Shown: positions 1 to 10,900, numbered from the stretch's first letter. The stretch: DNA of 64,000 nucleotides from Limisphaerales bacterium (GCA_046597605.1 JBKJKE010000008.1:15284-79283), one strand, 5' to 3'. Notes: generated by a model from the letters alone, not told the origin. A program made the numbers and translations.

Positions 1-2
1 AC

Positions 3-407
3 GAGCATGTGGAATGGGTCTCCCATCATCTCGACCTGAATTGGGTTTCTCATCCCATCGTGTGCGACATTTTAGCATCGCGCTTTGCTGCAGCCGATTC
101 GTGGCGCGGGTTGGCGGGATGGTTGAATGCGGTGGAAAACCCCGTGGCGAAACAAATGATTACCGAAGCCGCTGCCGAGGAGGGCGGCCCGAACGGGGAA
201 AAAGATTTGAAAGGAACCGCGCATGCCCCCGGACTGGTCCAACAATTCCGTGATAAATTTATTGTACGCGAATTATCGGAACTCACTCGAAAGCTAGCGA
301 ATCCTGCGATCAGTCATGAGGCCTCAATCGAAATACAAAAGATGCAGATGCACTTGCGAAGAATGAAGAGCCAGCCGTTACAGCCCTTGGGCGATAACGT
401 GGATTGA
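3..407 (+). CDS. 3' end of a gene that starts upstream of the window; product not recognised
   Basis: Frame is open from the window edge to TGA 405-407 (track ORF 9..407). No motif I can name. The stop abuts the NfeD-like gene. Confidence 0.4.
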   Translation, partial: EHVEWVSHHLDLNWVSHPIVCDILASRFAAADSWRGLAGWLNAVENPVAKQMITEAAAEEGGPNGEKDLKGTAHAPGLVQQFRDKFIVRELSELTRKLANPAISHEASIEIQKMQMHLRRMKSQPLQPLGDNVD

Positions 408-466
408 TTACAATCTTCGCGGCCAATTCCACTTGCCGGGCGGTTTGCCAAACCTATATTCGCCGC

Positions 467-922
467 ATGGAAACTATCGCCGTGCTGTTGATCATCGGCG
501 TATCGCTTATCGTGGCAGAGTTTTTTCTCCCCGGCGCAATCGCAGGGATCGCTGGCCTTTGCTGCTTGATTGCGGCGATTGTAATGTCTTACCTGAATTT
601 TGGCTTCCAAACGGGCAACGCCGTTCTGTTCGGAGTTTTGGCTGGATTGGTCATCGTTTGTATGATGTGGTTAAAATACTTTCCGAACAGCCGGGTGGCA
701 AAACCGTTCATCTCGGACAGAGTCATCGGGGGCCTCGGGGTAGAGAAGCCAGCCCTGCTGAACAAAGAAGGCACTGCGTATACCGATTTGCGGCCTGCGG
801 GCACCGCAGTCATTGAGGGCAATCGCGTAGATGTTGTTGCCGAAAGCCAGATGATTGTAAAAGGTGCAGCCATCAGAGTCGTTCAAGTAGAAGGAATGCG
901 AGTTGTCGTTAGAGCCGTTTAA
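467..922 (+). CDS. nfeD: NfeD-family membrane protein
   Basis: ATG 467 gives METIAVLLIIGVSLIVAEFFLPG. Hydrophobic helices are followed by an NfeD-type C-terminal beta domain (TAYTDLRPAGTAVIEGNRVDVVAE..IRVVQVEGMRVVV). It lies directly upstream of floA, the classic nfeD-floA pairing. The TTG 404 start in the track is less likely. Confidence 0.8.
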   Translation: METIAVLLIIGVSLIVAEFFLPGAIAGIAGLCCLIAAIVMSYLNFGFQTGNAVLFGVLAGLVIVCMMWLKYFPNSRVAKPFISDRVIGGLGVEKPALLNKEGTAYTDLRPAGTAVIEGNRVDVVAESQMIVKGAAIRVVQVEGMRVVVRAV

Positions 923-933
923 AACTTTAAAAT

Positions 934-2025
934 ATGGATACCATCACACCAATAATCGGGCTGGTTCTCGGAGATAATATACGACTGATCATCTATGCCA
1001 TCGTTGCGCTGGTCGCGTTCGTCTTTTTCATCCTTTTTGCCAGCTTTGGGATGATCTGGGTGCGGGCACTGACATCCGGCGCCAAGGTAAAGTTCAGTGA
1101 CCTGATTGCCTTGCGCCTCCGCCGAATTCCAGTAGGGCATATCGTTGATTCCCGAATCACCGCTGTGAAATCGGGCATCCAGGTGAAAGATGCCTTCGGC
1201 AATCCACAATTCGTTTCGGTCGACGATCTTTCCACTCACTTCCTGGCGGGAGGTAATGTTGAAATGGTCGTGCAGGCTTTGATCAATGCTCAAAAGGCCG
1301 GCATTCATTTGGACTTCGACAAAGCGTGTGCAATCGACCTCGCGACTAAAGGTACGGGGAAAACGGTGATTGAAGCCGTGCGCACCTCCGTGAATCCGAA
1401 AGTCATTGACTGCCCCGCTCCAAACACAGGGAAGACCACGATTGATGCTGTCGCAAAAGACGGCATTGTCATCAAGGCTCGCGCCCGCGTGACTGTCCGA
1501 ACCAATCTTGATCGGTTTGTGGGCGGTGCCACCGAGGAAACCATCATCGCGCGAGTCGGCGAAGGTATTGTTACTACGATTGGCTCCGCCCAGAGCTACA
1601 AAGATGTTCTGGAGAATCCGGATCGCATCAGTAAAAACGTGCTGGATAAAGGCCTGGATTCAGGGACCGCGTTCGAAATCCTTTCAATCGACATCGCGGA
1701 CGTCGATGTCGGTGAGAACGTCGGTGCCAAGCTGGAATCCGAGCAGGCAGAAGCCAACAAATTGATCGCTCAGGCTCACGCCGAAGTTCGCCGGGCAGCG
1801 GCAGTTGCGTTGGATCAGGAAATGTTGGCCCGTACCCAGGAAATGCGGGCGCGTGTTGTGGAAGCTGAAGCTCAGATCCCGCTCGCCATGGCTGAAGCTT
1901 TCCGTTCCGGCAATCTTGGCATCATGGATTATTATAAGATGAAGAACATCCAGGCTGACACCGGCATGCGCGAAAGCATTGCTGGCCCCAGCAATCAACC
2001 CGGCAAAACACCGGGTCAGACCTAA
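934..2025 (+). CDS. floA: Flotillin-like protein FloA (UPF0365/YqfA family, SPFH-related)
   Basis: Colinear with the FloA/YqfA family as I recall it: N-terminal TM helix, [90 protein letters not shown]. Confidence 0.95.
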   Translation: MDTITPIIGLVLGDNIRLIIYAIVALVAFVFFILFASFGMIWVRALTSGAKVKFSDLIALRLRRIPVGHIVDSRITAVKSGIQVKDAFGNPQFVSVDDLSTHFLAGGNVEMVVQALINAQKAGIHLDFDKACAIDLATKGTGKTVIEAVRTSVNPKVIDCPAPNTGKTTIDAVAKDGIVIKARARVTVRTNLDRFVGGATEETIIARVGEGIVTTIGSAQSYKDVLENPDRISKNVLDKGLDSGTAFEILSIDIADVDVGENVGAKLESEQAEANKLIAQAHAEVRRAAAVALDQEMLARTQEMRARVVEAEAQIPLAMAEAFRSGNLGIMDYYKMKNIQADTGMRESIAGPSNQPGKTPGQT

Positions 2026-2047
2026 GCTATCACGTTGACCTTTCCAG

Positions 2048-2812
2048 ATGAGCGGAAGTCTACACTTTGAGCCAATCCTTGCAGCTTCAGGAATTGAATT
2101 CCTCGTAGTGCTGCTGATCATGGCTGCTTCTGCCATTTTCAACTGGTTTCAGAAAAGGAAGAACGGGCAGGACGATTGGAGCAATGTGGAAAAGCCGACT
2201 ACGACTCCCAAGCCGGGCAAGCCTGCTTCAGCCTGGGAGGAAGAACTGCGCCGGATGCTGGAAGGAGATGCTCCCACGCCTTCAGCGCCCACTCCCCCTG
2301 TAATTCGTGAACAACCCCGGCCGGTCATTCGCGAACAAGCCCGGCCTGTTCCGCCACCGCATCCGTTTAGTCCCCCCAATCCCGTGCCGAAGGCGACAGC
2401 CCTTCGGCCCCCTGAGGTCCATTCGAAGAAAATCTATCGGGGGCATTGCGAACAATGTGAAGGACACATTGAGTTCCCGTCCGACATGATGGCTACTGAT
2501 ATCCGGTGCCCTCATTGTAACAAAGTGACACGGCTTTATCCTCACACCGAAACGGTGATGGAACGCCGCAACCACAAGGTTCAGATCGCGGCGACAAAGG
2601 CAGTCCCATGGCTTGAAAAGTTAAAGGAATCACAGCGAGGACGCCCTTCTGCTTTCTCCCCGATCAGTAAACCCGCTGTTCCAAGTGACCCGGGCGAGCG
2701 TAAAAAATCTGCTGAGATACAGCAGGTGGTCTCTCTGTTGGGCAATCCTCGAACGGCCCGGCAGGCAATCATTGCCTCGACCATTCTGAATCCGCCCAAA
2801 GCGATGGAGTGA
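2048..2812 (+). CDS. Membrane-anchored proline-rich protein with a C4 zinc ribbon
   Basis: One N-terminal TM helix (GIEFLVVLLIMAASAIF). Pro-rich linker with a short internal duplication (PPVIREQPRPVIREQARPV). Zinc ribbon CEQCEGHIEF-x10-CPHC. Third gene after nfeD-floA on the same strand. Confidence 0.6.
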   Translation: MSGSLHFEPILAASGIEFLVVLLIMAASAIFNWFQKRKNGQDDWSNVEKPTTTPKPGKPASAWEEELRRMLEGDAPTPSAPTPPVIREQPRPVIREQARPVPPPHPFSPPNPVPKATALRPPEVHSKKIYRGHCEQCEGHIEFPSDMMATDIRCPHCNKVTRLYPHTETVMERRNHKVQIAATKAVPWLEKLKESQRGRPSAFSPISKPAVPSDPGERKKSAEIQQVVSLLGNPRTARQAIIASTILNPPKAME

Positions 2813-2882
2813 TGCAGCACTTGGTCCTCGGCCGGGATTTGCCATTTGCATTTTTTACCTTTTACTTTGAGATTCCCTGCTG

Positions 2883-4148
2883 ATGCGACGCGTTTATTTA
2901 GATCATCAGTCCACCACACCGCTGTTGCCCGAGGTGTTTGAGGAAATGAAGCCATATTTCCTGGAAGCTTTCGGGAATCCTTCCTCCCTGCACCACCATG
3001 GTTTGCGCGTTCGGGACGCAATGATTAAAGCACGTCAGCAATGTGCCGCACTGATTAACGCCGACTCCCCCGAGGACATCATCTTCACCAGTGATGGCAC
3101 GGAATCTACGAACCTGGCGATCAAGGGCGTCGCTTATGCCAATCAACGAAAAGGGAATCATTTTGTAGTCGCGGAGACGGAGCATCCGTCAGTGATCAAC
3201 TCACTCGAATTTCTGGAAAAGCAGGGTTTTACCTTTACCCGCGTCAAAGTGGATCCAGAAGGGGTCATCAATCCGGAAGACGTTCGTGCAGCCATCACCG
3301 ACAAAACCATCATGATCGCAGTGCATCATGCGAACCATGACATTGGCACAATCCAGCCGGTGAAAGAAATTGGCAAGATTGCCAACGAGAAGGGGATTCC
3401 GTTTTACGTGGATTGTGAAGCTAGCGCTGGATGGCTTCCGATCGACGTTCAGTCCTGGGGCGCGAACCTCGTCTCATTCTCAGCGCATCGTTTTTACGGG
3501 CCAAAAGGGGTGGGGGTGCTTTACCGAAACCGCCGGGCTCGTCTGATCAGTATTTTGCATGGCGGCGTGCAGGAGGGCGGTCGTCGTTCGGGAATGGAGA
3601 ATGTCCCGGCAATCGTTGGTGGCGGTCTTGCTGCGGAAATCGCACTGCGCGAGATGCCTGGACGCATCGACCACACTGGGAAGCTCCAGAAACGTTTGTG
3701 GGACGGCCTCAAGGCGAACATCAAGTTCATCAAACTGAATGGTCCGGAACCCGGTCCAAAGCGCATCTCGACCAATCTGAATCTGAGCACCGAGTTTATC
3801 GAAGGCGAAGGTCAGCTATTGTTGTGCGATAATTTTGGCATCGCGGTGGCCAGTGGTTCCAGTTGCGTCAGCAAATCGTTAAAAATCTCGCACGTTCTTT
3901 CTGCGATTGGCCTTGATCACGCGCTCGCCCAGGGGAACATCATTATGTCGCTTGGCAAAGACAACACGGAGGAAGAGGTCGACTACACCATCGAAACGTT
4001 CGTCAAGATCGTGAACAAGCTTCGTGGTATGTCGCCGATGTGGGATGAGTTCGAACGCGGCATTCTGGATTCGGTCATCGCACCCACCGGTCGCGGCAAA
4101 TCGTTTTCACAGCACGCTGCCGATATCTCGGGCAAAGCGGCTCATTAA
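2883..4148 (+). CDS. Cysteine desulfurase (NifS/IscS, class V aminotransferase) homologue with Arg in place of the PLP-binding Lys
   Basis: Family motifs are present: YLDHQSTTP, GNPSSLHHHG, FTSDGTESTNLAIKG, VAETEHPSV, YVDCEAS, and the active-site Cys loop ASGSSCVS. The canonical S-x-S-x-HK-x-x-GPKG reads SFSAHRFYGPKGVG (codons cat cgt at 3486-3491). Confidence 0.85.
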   Translation: MRRVYLDHQSTTPLLPEVFEEMKPYFLEAFGNPSSLHHHGLRVRDAMIKARQQCAALINADSPEDIIFTSDGTESTNLAIKGVAYANQRKGNHFVVAETEHPSVINSLEFLEKQGFTFTRVKVDPEGVINPEDVRAAITDKTIMIAVHHANHDIGTIQPVKEIGKIANEKGIPFYVDCEASAGWLPIDVQSWGANLVSFSAHRFYGPKGVGVLYRNRRARLISILHGGVQEGGRRSGMENVPAIVGGGLAAEIALREMPGRIDHTGKLQKRLWDGLKANIKFIKLNGPEPGPKRISTNLNLSTEFIEGEGQLLLCDNFGIAVASGSSCVSKSLKISHVLSAIGLDHALAQGNIIMSLGKDNTEEEVDYTIETFVKIVNKLRGMSPMWDEFERGILDSVIAPTGRGKSFSQHAADISGKAAH

Positions 4149-4172
4149 CAACCCGGTAATTTCTCTTCTTTG

Positions 4173-4204
4173 AAAAGCCTCTATCTTTCGATAGAGGCTT
4201 TTTG
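4173..4204. terminator. Bidirectional rho-independent terminator between convergent genes
   Basis: aaaaGCCTCTATC-tttc-GATAGAGGCttttt. Perfect 9-bp stem flanked by an A-run and a T-run, between the stop at 4148 (+) and the stop at 4232 (-). Confidence 0.8.
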
Positions 4205-4231
4205 GCGCTTACCGCCTGCTCCGACTCGTAG

Positions 4232-7200
4232 TCAATCAGACTTGGGAACAAAGAAGACCCCGATATCGAGCGGAGCATTTGGGACATTTGTCTTCTCCGT
4301 TTCCACCGTGAATTTAGAACTCGATCCGCCTTGCACGAAAAGTTGATATTCTCCGGGCAAGACATCTGGAATCTCAAAGGTGCCGTCTGGATGTGGTTTC
4401 AAATTGCCTCGGAAGTAAAGCTCTCCCAAATCGCTATTCTGAAATTCGATCCATGCCTTCCAATCATTTTCGTCTCCGCGTCCTCCGACGTGTGGAGCTG
4501 TCGGGTGAAAATTCATCATCACGCCTTCCCAGGAGCTACGTCCATCGAGACGTCCTTTGACGGTCCTTCCGCGTCCGCCTAAAATGATTTTGGTAGGCAC
4601 CCCGCTTGTAACGTCGACATGGGCGAACATCCCAGGGAGAACAACTCCGGTGCTTCCCTTGCCAGGCATACTCAAAGTGAAAGGCAATGAGACCTGGGTC
4701 CGCCCGGGTAGAAGTTTCTCAATTACGAATCGACCCTTTAAATCCGTGCCCGCTTTCGCGTATTGGTGAACAACCCCGGATTCGGCATAATCCCGATAGG
4801 TCAAAAGGGAAACTTCTTCGTTAGCGCCCGCTTTATCTTTCCAGACAACTTCGCCTTCGATTCTCCCCCACGCCTGCAGATGAATCTCCCGCATCTGTTG
4901 AAATTCAGAAAAAAGCATTTCTCGCACCCCGCTGTCATGCACGATCAGCGCCACTGCGGTGGGATCGTTTAAGTCTGGTGCAGAGAAACCCCCTTCCGCA
5001 TCGGTCTGAACAAAGAGGGGCCGGCGCCATTGGTCCTGTGGTTTGTCCTCCGGTGGATCTTTGAATCCCCTCAGTTTGCCATGATCAAGCACGGCATCGC
5101 GATGACTCATGGCCAGCGCCAGAGTCGCTCCAGAAGCCGGCATTCCGTCCGGTGTCAAAACACGACCTCGGATACCAGGGTCCTCGACAAGCACAATTGA
5201 GAAGGCCTTCGCCCCGTCACTTTTCTTGAACACGACTGTAGAGGCAGGACGATAGCCATCTGCTTCGACTCTAATGGACATTTCCTCGTAGCCTCGGTCC
5301 AGGGGCCAGTCGAATAAACCGTTGGTGCCGAAACGCAGCGTGTGGGGTTGCCAATTTATGATCCCGTCCGGACTCTCGGGGCGTCTTTTAAGACTGCCTG
5401 CAAGCACACGAAAAACCGGCATCGGTCCTTCTTTACTAAAAACCTTGAGGCGAATGGAATTGGTAAAAGCTGGAATGCCGCTTTCGGGTTCAACCCGCAC
5501 CGGTGCTGGCCGATTTTCGGACCGCTTTCCCAATTCTCGATCACGTGCTTTGGTTTGCCGTTGCAACCGGAAATCTGCCGTGGCCTTTTTGCCATCAACG
5601 ATAAACTCCAACGGAGTGTTTGTTTTATAACCGGGTGCCCAGGCCGTTAGATCCGGCGGATCAAAGCGAGTAGGCCTCGAACTTTTGTACCAGGTCCATT
5701 GAGTTTGGAATACGTAGCGACCTGCCGTGTCACTTGAAGCCTCGTGAATTTCACCGGGTGGATCGATTCGAAGGGTGCCTTTGACTTGCGCTCCAGGAAT
5801 CGGTTTTCCCGTTTTGTCGTCGATCACGGTGCCGCTAACGGCGAGGGGAGGGCCTGCTGTGGTGAGGTAAACTTCTCCTTCGGTCGAAGCCTTCATCTTA
5901 AATGGCAGCGGCGCGGCGAGTCCCACGAGTAAACCCACGATTACGAAAATCGCCGTTGTTCCCAGCCAGATCCGGCGTCGAAGTGGGCTCAGATCCAGCG
6001 GGAAAAACCAAGGCGTGCTGAGTAAAATCGGGGTCGCTATCAGCGCAACGAAACTCAGTAGAAGCAGCGCAAGCGGGAATTCCATTTGAAATCCCAGACC
6101 GACGCTGAAGAAGGCAGTAATGAGCGTAACGGCATAGGCAGCGCGAAATCGTTTAACAAGTCCCAGGGCCAATAACATCTTCAGTGACACATCCACCAAA
6201 AGACCTGGCCAATCTTTACCGTTCATTCCTACCATTACCAACTCGCACAAAGCACTCACCATCAGAGCAAATGCCGAAACCCATAGAATTTTCGGTCTTC
6301 CTTTAGGCGCTGCTCCGGAAGCGGTGCTCGACTGCCGCGACAACGGGGGAGGGGGACAGGGTGTTGTTCCCTGTGTATTCTCCCCAGGGGTGGAGGCGAT
6401 CGTTTCCACCTCGGTTTTGAACACACTCGCTTGCGAGTATCGCCGGTCCGGATTTTTCTCCAAAGCGCGCAGCACCACTTCATCCAGACGAACATCGATT
6501 TGTACTTTTCGAGAAGGAGGTTCCACTTGTTTGCCGGGCAACTCACCGGTGAGCATCTGATAGAAAACCACGCCGAGGGCATAGATATCGGATCGATGAT
6601 CCACTTCCAATGGTCTGTCTCTCTGTTCCGGAGACATGTAGCTGGGTGTCCCCATGACCGTGCCGCCATCAGTCAAAGGGGTGCCGGCTGGGTGGTGAGT
6701 TCCGTCGGTGGCCCCGTCAGGAACGCCGACCAACTTCGCCAATCCGAAATCGGCCACCTTTACGCGGCCTCTTCTATCCAATAAAATGTTCTCGGGTTTG
6801 ATGTCGCGATGAACAATGCCGTGGTCGTGCGCAAACTGCAGTGCATCGCAAATCTGGGGAACGATTGCCAATGCTTCCCGAGGGGAGACGCGCCCCGCAT
6901 CCAGCAATTCGCGCAGGTTCAAACCATCAACGAATTCCATCAGGAAGAAGAAGAGGCCATCGGCCCGGCCAAATTCATGGATGGTAACGATTCCAGGATG
7001 ATTCAGTTTGGCGAGTGCCTTTGCCTCTCGGGCGAACCTTTCTGCAAATGCGGGGGCGTCACTGATACCCGGTGGGAGGATTTTCAGTGCAACGATCCTA
7101 TCGAGATCTTTTTGCCTCGCCTTATAAACGGCACCCATCCCACCGCGTCCCAGTAACTCGATAATTTCAAGGTGCGGAAATTTCGAAGCCAGCTCGGCTG

Positions 7201-7381
7201 GCGTCGGTGGTGGTAGATTGGGCGCCTTTGCTTTCGTTGAACCAGGCTCTCCACTGAAATCAGTCTGACTCGCCATATTCATCGCCATCACGCACCGAGG
7301 ACACAACCCGGCCGGGGCGTTTGGCGGAAGAGGGGTACCGCACTGGGGACAAATCGGGCGAGTTGAGCTCATACCATTCAA
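4232..7381 (-). CDS. Membrane Ser/Thr protein kinase with N-terminal zinc ribbon and C-terminal beta-sandwich sensor region
   Basis: CPQCG..CPRC ribbon. Hanks motifs GRGGMGAVYKA, VALK, HRDIKPENILL, DFGLAK, SYMSPEQ. A block of TM helices mid-protein. C-terminal carboxypeptidase-regulatory-like segments (VSGTVIDDKTGKPIPGAQV, IRGRVLTPDGMPASGATL). Confidence 0.9.
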   Translation of the reverse strand: MNGMSSTRPICPQCGTPLPPNAPAGLCPRCVMAMNMASQTDFSGEPGSTKAKAPNLPPPTPAELASKFPHLEIIELLGRGGMGAVYKARQKDLDRIVALKILPPGISDAPAFAERFAREAKALAKLNHPGIVTIHEFGRADGLFFFLMEFVDGLNLRELLDAGRVSPREALAIVPQICDALQFAHDHGIVHRDIKPENILLDRRGRVKVADFGLAKLVGVPDGATDGTHHPAGTPLTDGGTVMGTPSYMSPEQRDRPLEVDHRSDIYALGVVFYQMLTGELPGKQVEPPSRKVQIDVRLDEVVLRALEKNPDRRYSQASVFKTEVETIASTPGENTQGTTPCPPPPLSRQSSTASGAAPKGRPKILWVSAFALMVSALCELVMVGMNGKDWPGLLVDVSLKMLLALGLVKRFRAAYAVTLITAFFSVGLGFQMEFPLALLLLSFVALIATPILLSTPWFFPLDLSPLRRRIWLGTTAIFVIVGLLVGLAAPLPFKMKASTEGEVYLTTAGPPLAVSGTVIDDKTGKPIPGAQVKGTLRIDPPGEIHEASSDTAGRYVFQTQWTWYKSSRPTRFDPPDLTAWAPGYKTNTPLEFIVDGKKATADFRLQRQTKARDRELGKRSENRPAPVRVEPESGIPAFTNSIRLKVFSKEGPMPVFRVLAGSLKRRPESPDGIINWQPHTLRFGTNGLFDWPLDRGYEEMSIRVEADGYRPASTVVFKKSDGAKAFSIVLVEDPGIRGRVLTPDGMPASGATLALAMSHRDAVLDHGKLRGFKDPPEDKPQDQWRRPLFVQTDAEGGFSAPDLNDPTAVALIVHDSGVREMLFSEFQQMREIHLQAWGRIEGEVVWKDKAGANEEVSLLTYRDYAESGVVHQYAKAGTDLKGRFVIEKLLPGRTQVSLPFTLSMPGKGSTGVVLPGMFAHVDVTSGVPTKIILGGRGRTVKGRLDGRSSWEGVMMNFHPTAPHVGGRGDENDWKAWIEFQNSDLGELYFRGNLKPHPDGTFEIPDVLPGEYQLFVQGGSSSKFTVETEKTNVPNAPLDIGVFFVPKSD

Positions 7382-7577
7382 TTACCGGTGCATCGCCTTT
7401 TGTTACAGAGATAGCTACCGGGCACCGATCCGCCGACCGGCTTCGAACCATCCGTCGACGGAACTGCCTTCGTACGGGAGAACAATAAAGTAATTCTTAA
7501 CCTGTTCAGTCTTCAGCAGGTTACCGAAAACGAGAGGTCTGTCACAGAGGATCTTATCCAGCCTGAGTCCCTTTGCT

Positions 7578-7925
7578 TCGGTCGGCAAACCAATCCGACG
7601 GACTCTTTTCAGGATCCGAAATATACCCTGTCGGCTCCAACAACGTCTTTTTAAGACCGGAAAAGTACTATGTCGGACCTGACAGGGTCGTTTCAAGGAC
7701 CTGAAACGTAATATGTCAGCCCCGACAGGCCCGTTTTAGAACCTGAAATGTCGTATGTCGGCTCCGATGGAGCCATTTCAGAATCCGAAATCTACTATGT
7801 CGGCCCTGACAATGGTCGTTTTAGAAACTGAAATCTGCTCTGTCAGGCCCGACCGGCTCGATTTAGAAGCAATTGATGACCATGTCGGACGTGCCAGAAC
7901 AGGCTCAGGATCCAGCTGGGCGTGC
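7578..7925. repeat. Tandem array 1: about 8 degenerate 42-43 bp hairpin units
   Basis: TGTC(G/A)G anchors at 7629, 7671, 7714, 7756, 7798, 7841 and 7883, spaced 42 or 43 bp. Units carry TGTCGG-N3-(C)TGACA and GTTTCA-N6-TGAAAC inverted repeats (perfect at 7690-7707). Confidence 0.85.
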
Positions 7926-7965
7926 GCTTGGCTCACCAGAAGTTTCTACTTTGCCGCTTTCTGCC

Positions 7966-10900
7966 TCACTTTTCCACTGCGGGACTGGTTGTGACGAATT
8001 GTTCGCCTTCTGTGTTTCCCACCCTCCTTGGCCAGGAGACTTGGGCGGAGGCTGGGTTGGACAATGTGTGATTGATGTGTTTCAAACCTTCTCTTCCCGA
8101 CACCACGCACGCAGGCGCATTGTCGAAGTTAATATGCAGCTGCCCATCGATTGGACGAGGCTCCCCACTGCTCAAGTCTCGAAGGCTGCGGAAAGTTGCC
8201 AGGGCTCGAGGCAAAACCGGCGAGTATTGTATACTCATACTCGCGTAGGAAATCCTGGAATCCGCGAGCAACCGGCTTAGTTCCCCGGCAAACTCATGCT
8301 CAAAGCGGGCGCGTGTTTTCTCTGCCCGGTCGATCATCGTGGCGACATACACGCTGCCGAGCACCACGACAAAACCGGACACAATGATCGCAATGCCCGC
8401 CCAGTGGTGACGCCTAAGGGGCGCAGTGTTATCAGCTACCGGGTCCTGAGCTCGAGTCAGGCTGGAGCAAATTTTCCGGATCAGGAATACATTCAGGGGC
8501 AACATGACGAGCATTGCCTCTATAGGGCCCACCTTGAACGCAGTCGCTATGGCAACGAGAAGCGCATCCAAAGTTAACAAGGGAAAAAGCAGCGAACCGA
8601 ACAGAGCCAGAGGCAATCCGGACAAATGTCCCCGAGAGTGCCGGATCTGGGAGAGGGCAATGAAGCCTAAGAGAGTCGTTCCTAAGACGGCGCTTACGCC
8701 CACGATGGTGAGCGACAGCAGTATGCCATTCACCAGGTCGTGCCCCAAAGACCTCCGGAGATCAATCGCAGCAGACAGTCCAAAGGGCGACCAGAGAACT
8801 ACCGTGAGCAAGAAACAGAAAGCCCACGCGGCACCAAGAATTGCGCTACGAGAAAGACGAGGATGCGCTCTCTGATCTGAACTGCATGCAAACCGGGAGT
8901 CACTTCGGCATATCCAAATTGCACCCATCATCAGGCCGAGAAATGTTGCAAGGGCGGCGACAATAGAATTTGGCTTCGGCCTGTTAGAAACAGTGGGCGC
9001 TTCGGTCGCGGTTGGCTGGTTTGGACGGATCCCATCGGAGTTTATCGCTGCCTTGTTGGCCTCCAGTTCCGCCAGTTTGTAGCGGAAGACAATTCCCCGA
9101 GGTTGTGCACTGAGGCCAAGGATCTGCAGAATTCCATAGTTGGTTTGAGCGGTCTTGAAGAGGTAGGTGGCCGGAAATTGCCCCGTGCCGATCAAGGACA
9201 TAGTGTCGGCCTTCTCGAGGGTGAGTTGTTGCCGAACAAGGTAGGAAGGGAGATTGGTCCAGGAGGCAGTGGGGGTTGCAATAACAGAACGACAGAGGGC
9301 CACCAGTCTAGGAGCCTCCATGCTAAGGTCGGGCAATAGATCGATCCCGCTCTTGAGCCATTGCGATTGTTCGTGGCGAATTCTCTCCAAGGTTTTGGTT
9401 TGGTTAGTGACAGTAAAATCCGGGGGCGATGCCATGCGACCGGTGTCCAGATCGTATCCATCGTCTCGGGCCGACTCCGCGTTCACGGTCGCCGTTCGAA
9501 TCGGACCGAAGCCTGGCAGAGTGGAATCGCTATCTTCGTCCTCTACAATTACTCGGTTGAGATGGAAGAGGATTTGATCCGAAAGCTGCTGAGCGAGATC
9601 CCCCGTGATCTGCAGCCTTCCCATTGGGATCTCGGAGTTGACGACCGGTGCCGTCAACACGGCATTATCAAACAAAATCGCAATCTGCTGGTTTATGTGC
9701 TCTCGGGTTATTTGAGCGAACAGATCTTTTCCTGTTTCCGTGAGGATCAACTCAATCTCCGGCCTTTCGGTGACCTGATTCTTGGTGAGAAAAGCCGCCG
9801 CAACAGATGTTTCATCCATCAACATCTGTGGGCGTAGCCGCAGTTTGTGCGTGGCAGTTCGGGGATCGCTGAATTCTTCGAGTATGCCCTTGTCAGACTG
9901 TTCAGCGACCAGCCGAAATTGCAGTCGTTGACGGTTCGGTATTTCCGTTTTGCCCGGTGGGACTTTATCTCGCGAGATCTGTTCCCGATCAGACGCGGGT
10001 TTATAGGGCGCGTCCTTGTATTCCGGATAGCGACGTTCGCGAGCATCGCTGTAAACAACACCAAAACGATTCGCAAACCACATGGCTTCCTCCGCAGTGC
10101 CTGGATTATGAACGACTTGTTCGACAAAATCTTCCGTGGGGTCTGAACCTTTCTTCCATTGCAGTCGGACGATGACGGTGGTTCCGGTGGCGTCGTATAC
10201 ACGTGTGTCCCAACGCTGCGGGTTACCTGTGCCCAGAGGTGTGCTGGCGAGAAGCGAGCCATCCGGGCGAAAAAGATCCACACCAAGAACGAGTTCCTGC
10301 GGGCCGCTCTCTGAATTAATCCCCATACCGAGGAACCGGGCATGGAAGCGGTAGCCTACCGCATTGGTCTGAATGAAGGTGTGTTCATCTTTGGTTTTTA
10401 ACCAGGTCTGGTATTCAGGCATGCGCCGCACGTCGGCCAGAAAGGATTTCGGATCGGGATAAGAGACTTGGCTCCCATCCCAGGCTAGGGTCAAGGTAAC
10501 AGTGGGATACAGTGACCTGCGCTCCGCAATATTTTTGTTCGCCGCCTGATTCACCAACTTGTACTGCACCTTTACACCAGCAGGGCTTTCGGAAAATCCA
10601 CCGATCTGCAGAAGTCCGCGATTCCCCGACACTGTCCGAAAAGCAAAAAGTTCAGGAGAACTCAGCCCGGTAATTTTATAGGATCGAAACCCGTGCTTTA
10701 CACTTGGATCCGCCAGGGTGAGGTGATTAGTCCCGTCGTTAAGGGCCGAATCAATGTCCTCGACTGTGACCTTTTCCCATTCTACGCCGGTAATCGAAGC
10801 AAGCTTCAGCGGAGTCCATAGGTCCCATTGCTTCTTATGACTGAATGCCAATAGATCAATTCCGTGCTCCGCAGACCATTGGATCAGGACATCCTCACCT

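Noticed and set aside
7415-7696. 93-aa minus-strand ORF between the two kinase genes
   Set aside because: Its 5' half is translated from array-1 repeat units and its 3' part has no recognisable motif. It is most likely non-coding.
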